Source: the human T2T-CHM13v2.0 reference genome, Homo sapiens. From it: a DNA stretch of 64,000 nucleotides. Location of the stretch: the NCBI RefSeq assembly GCF_009914755.1, contig NC_060938.1; one strand, given 5' to 3'. Position 1 is the stretch's first letter, and each line of letters starts with the position of its first letter. The position numbers were made by a program, and so were the translations under genes. Under the pieces are notes generated by a model. The model was not told the origin of the DNA and did no database searches. It worked only from the letters and a program-made list of their open reading frames with translations. Below are positions 1 to 11,849 of the stretch, one piece after another.

Positions 1-652
1 GTCTGAAACTCCATCTAATACTAGGATATACTGGAAAATTGCAATAACCCTGGTCGTGTAAGAGCTTTCTTGATATAGGGACAAAATATGTATTTTTATT
101 TTTGTGTTGGGAGTTAATGACTTTATATTTAAGAAGCCATATATATGTATGTGTATATGTATATATTGCTATAGAAGGACTCCTCACAGACTAGGAACTA
201 GGCTGCCATTTGGGAGATTTCTAAATAGTGTGGGTGAGGGTGAGAATGACATACCTGGAACATCATGTTCTTCTCTTTAGCTTCACTCTACTCAACATTT
301 TCAGGGTTTTTTGCATACGATGAATATCCTGAAGAGCAGTATGATATCCCGAAGATAATATGTTGGATATCCTGAAGTGCAGGAAACTGCCCAAGAGTAC
401 TGCGTGAGTTACAGAAAGATTTGAGTGGTGCTAGGGATTACCAGGCATGTTTCAAGGACATAGAGCTCCAGGCTTTCTCTTGGTATAAGCCGGCTGCAAC
501 ATCCCTTTTTTCTGATGTTCTCTTTCATAGCAAAATGTATAGTCTTGGCAAATCATTTTAAATGTCCAGTTGATAGCTGGAATTGGTAGCATTATTTTAA
601 GAAAAGCAAGAGCTTTTTATATTCCCTTTTGCATTTTCAAGTCTCTGTTTGT

Positions 653-1409
653 TTCCAGGAACAAAGCCTACTTGATCGTGGTGAATTAACTTATTGATGT
701 GCCGCTGAATTTGGTTTGCTAGTATTGTGTTGAGGATTTTTGCATCTATGTTCATCAGGATATTGGCCTGATGTTTTCTTTCTTTGTTTTGTCTCTGCCA
801 GATTTTGGTATTAAGCTGATGCTAGCTTCATAGAATGAGTTAGGGAGGAGCCCTTCCTTTTTTATTTTTTTGGGAATAGTTTCAGTAGGATTGGTACCAT
901 TTCTTCTTTATATGTCTGGTAGAATTCAACTGTGAATCCCTCTGGTCCTGGGCTTTTTTTGGTTAGTAGAGTTTTTTTTTTTTAAATTACTGATTCAATT
1001 TCAGAGCTTGATATTGACTTATTAAGGATTACAATCTCTTCCTAATTCAATCTTAGAAGATTGTGTTGTTCCAGGAATTTATCAGTTTCTTCCAGATTTT
1101 CTAATTTGTGTGCATAGAGTTGTTCATAGTATTCTCTGAGGATCTTTCGTATTTCTGTGGGATCAGTTGTAATGTCATTTTTGTCCTTTTTGACTGTACT
1201 CATTTGGATCTTTTTTTTTTATTTTTTAATCTAACTAGCAGTCTAACAATCTTATTTTTTCAAAAGACTAACTCTTGATTTCATTGACCTTTTGTATAGA
1301 TTTTTGCACCTCAATTTCATTAAGTTGTTCTCTAATTTTTGTTATTTCTTTTCTTCTGCTAGCTCTGGAGTTGGTTTGTCCTTTGGTTTCTAATTCCTTG
1401 AGGTGCAAA
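653..1409 (-). mobile_element. L1 (older primate L1PA/L1PB-type) ORF2 fragment, inverted relative to the adjacent 3' segment
   Basis: Antisense ORF2 sequence (aaagcctacttgatcgtggtg..., ggtagaattcaactgtgaatccctctggtcctggg), covering roughly LKELE to HDQVGF. Confidence 0.85.
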
Positions 1410-2635
1410 GTGCAGGAAGATGAAGCTAGACCCTTGCTTTTCAGCATATAAGAAAATTAACAGGATAGATTAAAGATTTAAATATAAGACCACAAACTAT
1501 GAAAATCCTAGACCAAAATCTAGGACATATTTTTCTTGACATTGGCCTTGGGAAAAAAATTAGCTAAGTCCCCCAAAGAAATTGCAACAAAACCAAAAAT
1601 TGACAAGTGGGACCTAGGTAAATGAAAGTGCTTCTGTACAGAAAAAGAAACTATCAAGAGGGGAAACAGACAACTTACCGAATGGGAGAAAATATTTGCA
1701 AACTATGCATCTGACAAAGGTCTAATATCCCAAATGTAAATAGAACTTAAATAATACAACAGACAAAAAACAAATAGCCTTATTAATAACTGGAAAAGGA
1801 CATGAATAGATCCTTCTGAATAAAAAGACATACAAGCAGCCAACAAACATATGAAAAAATGCTTATCATCACTAATCATCAGAGAAATTCATACCAAAAC
1901 CACAATGAGATACCATCTCATGCCAATCATAGTGGCTACTCTGAAAAAGTCCAAAAACAACAGATGCTGGTGAGCCTGTAGAAAAAAGGGAGTGCTTGTA
2001 CAGAGTTGTTGGGAATGTAAATTAGTTCAGCCCCTGTGGGCAGAACTTTGGAGACTTCTCAAATCACTTAGAACAAAGCTACTATTTGATCCAGCAATCC
2101 TATTTCTCTCTCTCTCTCTCACTGTATATATATGTAATATTTTATGTATATATAATAGATTATGCCAAATAGATTATGCCAAAAACACCAAAAAGACACA
2201 TACACTTGTATGTTCTTCTCAGCACTATTCGGCAAAGACAGAATCAACCTAGGTGCCCATAAATGGTAGACTAGATAAAGAAAATATGGTACATACTATC
2301 AGATACTATGCAACCAAAAAAAAGAATGAAATCATGTCTTTTGCAGCAACATGAATGAAGCTTCAGGCAATAATCCTAAGCAAATTAATGCAAGAACAGA
2401 AATCCAAATACTACATGTTCTCACTTACCAGTGGGAGCTAAACATTAAGCACACATGGACATGTACATGGGAACAATAGACACTGCGGACTACGAGAGGT
2501 GTGAGGAAGGGTGGAGGGGATGGGTTGGGAAACTACCTGTTGGGTACTATACTTACTACCTTGGTGCAATAAACCCACGTAACAAACCTGCACATGTACC
2601 CTCCGTATCTAAAATAAAAGTTGAAATTAAAAAAA
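1410..2635 (+). mobile_element. L1 3' end (late ORF2, 3' UTR, A-tail), about L1PA15/16-L1PB age
   Basis: atgaagctagaccc (MKLDP), aaaccacaatgagataccatctca, and a 3' UTR ending aacaaacctgcacatgtaccc...aaataaaagttgaaattaaaaaaa; the 1992 and 2455 ORFs are decayed L1. Confidence 0.9.
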
Positions 2636-2739
2636 GAATGAAAGGGAACGAATAAAGCTGATGTTTATAGGCCCTCCCAAAATTTCTGGCTCATAACATG
2701 CTTTCAAAGATTTTATAAAATCATTTTTAAATTCAATAA

Positions 2740-2930
2740 TTTTTAAAATTTGGAATGTTTATAGATTTACAGAAATGTCGAATATCACAGAATATAATTA
2801 TACCTCATGCTATTTTCCTTATTGTTATATTACTATGGTACATTTGTCAAACAAATAAACTAATATTGATGCATTATTACTAACTACATTGCAACTTTAA
2901 TTCAGATTTCATTAGTTCTTCCTTAATGAA
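2740..2930 (-). mobile_element. Ancient L1M (MC/MD-like) 3' fragment
   Basis: tatagatttacagaa...tatggtacatttgtcaaa...taaactaatattgat resembles L1M 3' ends. Confidence 0.5.
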
Positions 2931-3174
2931 ATGGCTTACTCAAGTTGTCTATTTTTTCATGGCAGCTATTTAATTTATTGCCGTTATGTTCTTTATGTTC
3001 CCAAAAAGCTCTTTGTAATTACTCTGTAAATAAATACTTGAAAATACCTGGTGAGCTTCCATTACTTAGAGGAAATGGTGAAATCTATAACATAAATAAA
3101 GTGCAGTTCTAGTTTTTATCTCTTTAAGTGAACATTGACTCCCCCCCACTCTGTTCACATCTGTGCATGGTTTC

Positions 3175-3292
3175 TTATTTATTTATTTGACATGTAAAAC
3201 TTTTATATATTTGTCATGTACAACATGATGTTTTGAAATAAATATGTCTACATAGTAAAATGGCTCAGTTGAGTCCATTAGCATATACATCC
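3175..3292 (-). mobile_element. L1MA 3' end fragment
   Basis: tatatatttgtcatgtacaacatgatgttttgaaata...aaatggctcagttgag matches the L1MA 3' UTR. Confidence 0.6.
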
Positions 3293-3918
3293 TAACCCTA
3301 CCAGTCTCTCCCTCTTATTTCATCAAACCTATACTTTCTTGTTTGCATGTTCTATCCTACCTCAGATTCTGGTACACATATGAGATTCTGTAGGCGTGTA
3401 GGGTCTGCATGGTGATAAGAAAATCTAGGATAATAACTAAGATTTCTCATACTACAACACCACTCTACACCTTAGGCCTTGTTCTAGTAGAAAAACTTGT
3501 TCTAAGATCAATTATCAATACTAATTCCAATTTCTGTCCAGTCCTGTTCCACTGTTTGAACCTCTGAACCATGTGCAGCTTCCTCATATTTCTATGTCTC
3601 TGAACATGCTGCTACTTCTGCTGGAATTATTGACCAACTTTTCACTTTCAATACTCTAATTAAAAGTCTTATTTTCAGCCAGCTTTCAGCATGGTTTTAC
3701 AAGGAGTTATTTAGTAGAGACTACACTTGCACTTTCTCTGCCTAATCATATTCTCCAGCTGCTTACCCAATCACTTGTCCAGCATTTCCCTCAGGGTTTT
3801 GATGATGCATAAAGATTGCTGAGAGTTTCTTCCCCTTGGCAGCCAGGAACGTAGAAATCTTTTGCATACCAAGGTTAGAAGCTATGGCATGGTTGTAATC
3901 TCATAAAATACTATCTTT

Positions 3919-3962
3919 CTGAGGGAGAGAGAGAGAGAGAGAAAGAAGAGAGAGAAAGAGAA
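3919..3962. repeat. (GA)n microsatellite
   Basis: gagggagagagagagagagagaaagaagagagagaaagag. Confidence 0.9.
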
Positions 3963-5899
3963 AACAAACTCAAGACCGCTTTTTAGGCTGTACAAGAGGA
4001 AATGTGGCATGTATATAAAAGAAGTATCATTATATAAATCTCAGTCTTTTAGTGTGCGTATCTTGGTATCAATCACATTTTTATTTCAAAGGCTTTTCTG
4101 ATCCAAGATCTCGGATTGTTCAAATCCATGCAGTGGGACCACACTCAAGAAAAAGTCCAGGGTAAGCTTTCCATCTAGAATGATACCTTAACCACCAGTG
4201 AAAGAGGCAAGGTCAATTTTCATTGATTCAAATTATATTCAAAGGTAAATTATTTACTTCTGTAAATTCTTCACCTGCTTTACAACATCTGTTCTAGTAA
4301 TTAATTTAAGAAATAGTATATTACAATTTAACGTGTGTATCAATATAATTTCAATTGGAATTTACTCCTAGGTTTACTAGGTTTACCACCATCAGTAAAC
4401 TTATATAATTTAATTCCCTCTCTGTACCTTATTTGTTTCCCAATGGTTAGATGAGTGTGAAAAGATCAAACAATCTTTAAAATCCTTTACACATAGATAA
4501 GTATAGGACTTAACATAAATTATGCTTCAGTCTAAGATGATTTAGGGAGCTCATTTAAAACTGCTGCTCTAAAATAAATGGTTTTATGTCAGGTATTGGG
4601 TCACACTCCTCTTTTTGTATTCACAGTGCAGTACCAGACACAGATAATATGTTTAGTAAATATTAAGTGAAAGGATACATTAATATTGGTGCTTATGAAA
4701 TATAAATCAAATAGATGATACTTTAAGCAATCTATACATTGTGCTATGCTAACTCATTTGCAGATTTTTTTCAATATTTTTTCCTTATCTTTCAGCTCCA
4801 CAAGACTAGTAATTGTTTCCTCAGTTGGGGCCAATTAGAGGAACAGGATAGGATTAATAAGTAATAAAGTAATGTCAGGTAACAAGAGACATAAAAACAT
4901 GCACATGTGTGACAATGTCTCTATGAGGGATATTGAAGTCAAGAACACTATTGCACGAAAAGTTTTCCGTGAGATAGAACTTGCTGTGAGGAAAGAGATC
5001 CAGAATAGTATATGGCTGCCCTTTGTAAATCCCTCATGAGAGGAACTAAGACAATCTCTTTCCCAGAAGATTCCAAGAGTTGCATTCTTTGAAATTGTTC
5101 TATTGGAAATAATTTATGTAGGCTCATGGAGTTAAACAAAGGAGGAAATATTTTTCTTTAACTACACAAATCCTGTATCAACTAATATATATTCTTTAGC
5201 ATTGTCTTAGAGAGATCGAGTTTAACCTAAGAACCTGGGTAGACCAGTAGAAACAATCCACCCCATAGAGGCTCTGGTTCATAGAGTTCAGATGTCTAAT
5301 ACTGGTGTTCCTGAAATTCTACCCCCAAAATGATCAAGAGTTAGTTTGGCAGATTGTTTATTGCTTTTTTGTCCATTATCTAATTTGAGTCTTACCATGG
5401 GTAGCATTATCTCACAGGGGAGGTTAATAGATGTTAGAAAAAATATTTTAATGTTACACAGCCTGAAGAGGCAGAGCTGTGAGTTGTTCTATCTTTAAAT
5501 CCTGTGCTGTTTCTCCCAGCAAAGATAGCAAAAAGATCTTGGGTCCTAGACTTTGATTAATTTGATGAACTCCTCAGGAGGAGTCTAGATAAAGTTGAGT
5601 TGTCACCACTCAGGGTGAATAGAGCAGCTACCCAAACATCTTTGGGCATCCATGCTTGAACTCTTTAATACGTCTATGCAAGGACATAGAATGTACTCTG
5701 TTGCTGCTCCAGTCAAAGGAGTATATTTGAGAGGGTAGGTGTGAGCAGTAGATACAGTCTAAGATTTGGACAAGCATGAGCATACATATAGGTGAGAATC
5801 AGGAGATTAACATAGTAAGGAGGTTAGTGTTCTAAGATGACTCCTATCCAGGCTTCTGTCTCTCCTTCCAATCAACATTTTCTCTGATAGCTAAGATGG

Positions 5900-6120
5900 A
5901 TAATGATAATTATATATTCACTTAAAGTATGTTATGCACATAAGTGCTTTATATGTAATATATATTTAATATGTATAACACTCTATATAAATGTACTATT
6001 CTTATCCACGTTTTACACTTGGGAAAACTGAGGCAAAGGGAAGTGAAGTAACTTGCCTAAAGTCATAAAGTTAGCAAATGGTGAAGCCGAAATTTGAACG
6101 TAGACAAGTTGGGGTTCCAG
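5900..6120 (-). mobile_element. MIR SINE
   Basis: Antisense MIR core: gggaaaactgaggcaaagggaagtgaagtaacttgcctaaagtca. Confidence 0.8.
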
Positions 6121-6875
6121 GCATCTTCTTTTTCACAACTTCTCTCCCCCACCTTCCATCGCAGCTACTCTCCTCCTGTGACTGGATCTTTCTTTATGGC
6201 ACCCCAATTAATTCAATTGCTAACTTTTAAGCTTAACACACGAGCCTCTGTAATCTAGACTTGCCTTCTTTTCAGCCTCATCTCCTGACACTTTCCTATG
6301 TGGGTTCTGTGCTGAATCATATTCAACTTGCTGGCACTCCCCAAAGAGGATGGTGTAATGATTTTTACCTTCACATATTCTATTTGCTAGGCCTGGAAAG
6401 TTCTTCCTGCCCTGTCTATTCTTTTGTGCCCACACCCTGCAATCCTCATCATCATCAGGTTAACTCTAACTCATCTATCAGAATTCCACTCAGTGACAAC
6501 GTTTGAAAAGGCAGTCCTGTCTCTCCTGGTCTTCCTTCCTGAGCCCTTTCACAGAGAACTGTCACAGTTTACATGTGGACCTCCTCCACTTGATTGACAA
6601 TACTTGCCAAATCAAATAATGACTGAATTGATGATCAGTATCACATCACTTGTTATTACATCCCCACTGTAAATTTAATTTGAGAAAAGTTGGCACAGAC
6701 TCTATGCTGTGATGATCTTGCCAGTTGCAGCTATAGTCTTTGTCTCTAAATAGTGTCTATAATTTAAAAAAAACTTTTCATGATTAGAAGAAAAGGAGTC
6801 TTTTGATTATTGTAGAAGGTTTAAGGCTTTCAAATGAGAAAGATATTTGGTGGCTCTGATGCCATCAGACCCAGG

Positions 6876-7120
6876 ATATGCATAGTAGTTAGGAAAATAG
6901 ATCCTGAAGACCCATTATGTAGGTTCAAACACCAACTCTGCCAATCACTAGATCTATAACCTTGGGCAAGTTACTTACTCTTTCTGTGCTGCAGTTTCCT
7001 CATTTCTGAAGTGGTAATAGTAGTGATAGACTACTTTATAAGATCATTATGGGAGTTAAATGAGCTATATGTAAAACATCTAGAATCAAACTTGGTGTAT
7101 AGTAAGTACAATATAAGTGT
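6876..7120 (+). mobile_element. MIR SINE
   Basis: MIR core: accttgggcaagttacttactctttctgtgctgcagtttcctcat, with MIR-like flanks. Confidence 0.85.
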
Positions 7121-7293
7121 TTTCTGTTTACCTAAACATTTTTTCAGCCCTTATGATTTTGTCAACTGGGGATGACTGAGCACAATTTGGCTTTGCTGGT
7201 ATAGGGCACAGACTACTAAAAGATTTTAGGAATGTGAAACATATTCTCCAATTGAAGGACTTTGCACGATAAGAAAGCAATTGTTTAAATTCA

Positions 7294-7482
<189 letters not shown>

Positions 7483-7506
7483 TCAGTTCTTTTTATGGGA
7501 AATTAT

Positions 7507-7550
7507 TTATCTATCATCTATCTATCTATCTATCTAATCTTTCTATCTAC
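7507..7550. repeat. (TATC)n microsatellite
   Basis: tatctatcatctatctatctatctatctaatc. Confidence 0.85.
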
Positions 7551-7636
7551 TTATGATTTATTTAAGGATATGTAAGTTATATGTGTTCTGGAAAAAGAAT
7601 ACCACAATTATACCAGTCCTTTCACTGAAAATTATA

Positions 7637-7795
7637 TTGGGCAATTTGCCTCTTTAATCTTTAGTGCTCTGCTCAGTAAAATGGAGATAATAAAAATTAT
7701 GATATTGTTGTGAGGATGGAATTAAGTAACATATGCAGAGTTTAGCACGCGATTCTGCACATGGTAAAATACTCAGTAAATGTTAACTACTATTA
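7637..7795 (+). mobile_element. MIR 3' part
   Basis: gtaaaatggagataataa...ttgttgtgaggat...cacatggtaaaatactcagtaaatgttaactac. Confidence 0.7.
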
Positions 7796-8004
7796 ATGAT
7801 ATTTCTTTAATGGAGATTGGCACATATTATAGCTATTATCTCAGAAATAAAATTGTATATATTTTTAATATTTTCTAGTAGTTACATTATATAGCTTTTA
7901 TATAATAATTAAATGCACCAAATTTCAAATTGTGCTTACTAGAGAGATTCCACTTGATAGATTCAAATTGAAAGGAAACACCTCATAAATTCAAAACATG
8001 TTCT

Positions 8005-8180
8005 ATAGATCTCATTTGAATTCTGAAACAGCTTTGTGCGGTAAAAATTTTTATCATTCATCTTCTATAGATGAGAAAACTGAGATCCAGGGAAGATAAA
8101 CAGATTTACCCAAAGTTATAAAGCTGATGAGGGCACTCAAACTTACACCACTCAGCTTCTGGTCAGTGCTCTTTCTGCTA
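8005..8180 (-). mobile_element. MIR SINE
   Basis: atagatgagaaaactgagatccagggaagataaacagatttacccaaag. Confidence 0.7.
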
Positions 8181-8195
8181 TCCATGCAGAAAAGA

Positions 8196-8375
8196 GGTAT
8201 TCTGAGTAACGACGGAAAATAGCTAGTAATTTTCATATTTCAGAAAAGCCATTTTTATTTCAAGAAACTTCAGATCTTGTCTAATATTAATCTCCTTTAA
8301 GAATTTTTTCCTGATTATTTTTATCCATTATTTTTCTCTGTATGATGCAAGCATTCCTATTACAGTTTATAAAAT
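8196..8375 (+). repeat. Diverged direct repeat, copy A (paralog at 11104-11290)
   Basis: Collinear shared blocks ggtattct.agtaa, agatcttgtct, aagaatt....cctgattatttttat.ca, aagca.tcct, tttataaaat. Confidence 0.8.
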
Positions 8376-9278
8376 GGCTTCAGACACTTATTTTTAAACT
8401 ATCATTTATAACATTATCTGTATGATAAATTTCATTCCTAATTTTTCCTGTGATCACAAGGACAGAGAGTTATCTGGGTCTTTTTCAAGGCAAAGGGATT
8501 GAGGATGACAGGGAACTCAATAACTTTTAAATGTTTCAACTCTTCAGAGCAACATAGAAAAAAGTATTTCTCCGTATAAGTTGATCACTTCTCATGTATT
8601 CCTTATTGGCAAGCAAAATGGAATTTTCAACCAGCAGGTCCAGGCTTATGATTCAAACTTCCTCAATGTTGATTTATAAGCACTAAAAATGACTTGATTT
8701 TTAATTGAATTGAGACTTTTAATCTAATTGAGAAATTGGAAACTGAGTATTCCTCTCTTGATTAAATAAAATGTTACTTTTCTATAAGTGAGTAGTATAT
8801 ATTATATTTGAAGGATTCTGAAATTTTATACATCAGATCTTATACTCTGACTTCATGCTTTTATTTACAGCCTCAAAAAATTAAGTAATTAAATAAACAA
8901 AGTTTTCACTCCAAAGTAAATTTCTGACAAAAGAAGTTGGAGGTGGGGGGAGAGAGAGCACTGATTAAGGAAAAACATTAAATTCAATAAAAAAGACGCA
9001 GATTCTCTAGATTCTTGTATGGAAAAAAGGAACTATAAGACTAATCATGAAATAAATTCAAATGTGAGTCAATAATGTGGAAATCAAGCTAATGACAAGA
9101 AAAATATTCATGAACTATTTTCAAGAAATATGAAGAACTTTCTCTACCATATTTAACATCATGTAGGTATTTTCACAAGACTCTTACTGATAGGCTTTAT
9201 CGTGCTTATAATGGTTTATAACATGTGTTTATTTTTGCGGAGGACCAGAGTCACTGCACCAGTCCTGCCTGGGGACCC

Positions 9279-10217
9279 ACGAAAGTGGCCAACAATGTCA
9301 CTGAGTTTATATTCCTGGGACTTTCCCAAGATTCTGGAATGCGATGGATATTCTTTGTCTTATTTCTCCTCTTCTACATCGTGATCATGGTGGGAAATTT
9401 GCTCATTTTTCTTATGGTCTTTTCTGACCCCCAACTACACACACCCATGTATTTCTTCCTCAGTAACCTGTCTTTTGTGGACATTGCCTATTCCTCGGCC
9501 ACAGCACCCAAGATGATTGCAGACTTTGTTTCTGAGAAAAAGACTATTTCCTACTGGGGCTGTATAACTCAGATGTTTACCTTCCACTTTTTTGGTTGTG
9601 CTGAGATTTTTGTTTTGACTGTCATGGCTTTTGATCGCTATGCTGCTATCTGCCAACCCCTCCGTTACACTGTCATCATGAGTGCTAATGCTTGTACTGT
9701 GCTGGCATCACTGTCCTGGTTGGGGGCCCTGGGTCATTCCTTTGTTCAGACCCTCCTGACCTTCCAGCTGCCCTTCTGTAATGCTCAGGTTATAGACCAT
9801 TACTTTTGTGATGTCCACCCAGTCCTAAAACTTGCCTGTGCTGATACAACTCTGATAAATATGTTGGTAGTTGCCAACAGTGGTCTCATCTCCCTGGGTT
9901 GTTTCCTCATTCTTTTGGCCTCCTACAAAGTCATTCTGCTTAGTCTTCAAAAACAGTCTGCAGAGAGCCGACGCAAAGCTCTCTCTACCTGTGGATCTCA
10001 TCTGACTGTAGTAACTTTCTTCTTTGTTCCGTGTATCTTTATTTATCTCCGTCCATCCACTACTTTCCCATTGGATAAAGCTGTGTCTGTGTTCTATACC
10101 ACCATCACCCCAATGTTGAACCCACTCATCTATACTCTGAGGAATGAGGATGTAAAGAATGCCATGAGGCAGCTATGGAGTAGCAAGATCTCCTTGAAGG
10201 AAAAACAGAGAGGATAG
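9279..10217 (+). pseudogene. OR4H12P: Olfactory receptor family 4 (OR4H-type); frame intact for 312 codons but initiator is ACG
   Basis: All OR motifs are present (NVT glycosylation site, GN, LHTPMYFFLSNLS, MAFDRYAAIC, SY, KALSTCGSH, PMLNPLIYTLRN, conserved Cys). ACG at 9279-9281 precedes KVANNVTEF. The ORF-track start at 9225 is GTG with an in-frame TAA at 9219-9221, and the first in-frame ATG is at 9339. Symbol assigned from recalled gene order next to OR4M1. Confidence 0.8.
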
Positions 10218-11103
10218 TTTGTCAGAATTGCAAAATCAGAGAATTAGTGGATACCTTCAATGATCCCTAATTTATTAATAATTAAAAAAATAGTTCCTAA
10301 AAATGCAGCTTTTATAGGTTGTCTAAACAGGAAATAATTTGAGGCTATTTTAGACAGGCTAAACTTAAAACTTTCCATACTTGGCAAGGTTTATCCTCTC
10401 TTACTTCTAGAGTAAACGAGTTAACACTCCTACTCAATATCTCATTTAACCTCGTTAGATCCCTTCTATTCACGTCAAACTCTCTTAAGCTACCATTCAA
10501 TGATTTAGAGTGGGGTTATAAGAGAAAGATATCCCTGATCATATCTTCTCACCATATCATGTCTCTTCAAAAAAGAAGTCTAATTTACCAGAAGCTGCAC
10601 CTTGTTCCCTCCTTCTTTCCTTCCTTCTTTTGTTTTCTTTTTCTTCCTTCTCTAGTCTTTTCCTATAAATATTGCAAAATCTAGTCAGGGAAACAGATTT
10701 GCAAGGAGACAATTATAATACAATACAACAAATGCAGACATAGAAATATACACTTCCTACAATGAAGGGGGTTAGTATAAATCAACAAATTGCCCAAAGG
10801 ATGGTTTCTGTGCAGGAAAAAAAAAATAGAACTTTACATATTTTGAAGTGGACAGCAATTTCTTTAAAGACTCTCTTGGAGAATTTGAATACTCTTCTAC
10901 CCATTACTGTAATACTATCTTTACTGAAAGAAATCTTACTTTTTTTGGCAATAAAAACACAGACTAGATTAATGCAACTAAAATGAGTTGATATTTGTAC
11001 CATTGAAATGACTAAGGAGATGTAATTCTATTATAAATTTTTAGTTGAACTTGTCCTCAGTTCCTTAAAACAACAAAATGGAATAAGCACATTTTCTTTT
11101 TGT

Positions 11104-11290
11104 GGTATTCTTAGTAAAGTTGAGAAATAGATAAGTATTCTCAGTATTCTGGAAAAGGCATTTTTCTTCTGAGAAATTTTCTTAGATCTTGTCTCATGGC
11201 TCATATTGTTCAAGAATTCTGCCCTGATTATTTTTATTCAACATTTATTTTCTATATGCCTTAAGCAATCCTGTATGCAATTTATAAAAT
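11104..11290 (+). repeat. Diverged direct repeat, copy B (paralog at 8196-8375)
   Basis: Same collinear blocks as copy A; both give the antisense peptide motif LLRIP in the ORF track. Confidence 0.8.
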
Positions 11291-11849
11291 ATCACTTACC
11301 TTTTTCTCTTTTTTAGTGGATTTTTATCTGAGATCTACAACTTAAGAAGAATATAAGTGATGTATATTCTCTTCTACTCTTCATGTATGGAATAGAGGGG
11401 CTTGCACAGTAGGTACTTGTCAAAATCTGTTGATTGTAACTCCAATTTCTATTTTTTTCCTTAGTAATGGGGACCTGACATTATTTATGGTGGCCCAACT
11501 AAAATATTGCATTGACTTGCCTCAGGCTCTTTTAAACTTCAATTCGATAATTTAGAATGACCTTATAAGAAAAAGATATTCCTTTTGAAGCCCAGTGGAC
11601 AATCTGATGTTAATAGTAGTTGGTTGGTGGGACTTTTGAAAAGTCTTTAAAATGGTTTGTCCACTCCAGCCCTCTCATACATGATCACCATTAACATTTT
11701 GATGATTAAAATTTCCTTATAGTTATTGCATGTCCTTACAGTTATTTTCATATTACTTGCCCTTTGCAAAAGGGTCATTCTATCCTTTTCTTAACTCCTG
11801 ATTTTTTAAGATAAACAACAAACACACAAATTATATTAAAAAATGATAG

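Noticed and set aside
611-2659. Loose inverted similarity between 611-638 and 2633-2659 flanking the inverted L1
   Set aside because: Short, A/G-rich and gapped; probably chance, and not a valid TSD.
9225-9278. N-terminal extension MFIFAEDQ... of the 330-aa ORF
   Set aside because: It begins at GTG within a pyrimidine tract that looks intronic; this is an artefact of allowing alternative starts.
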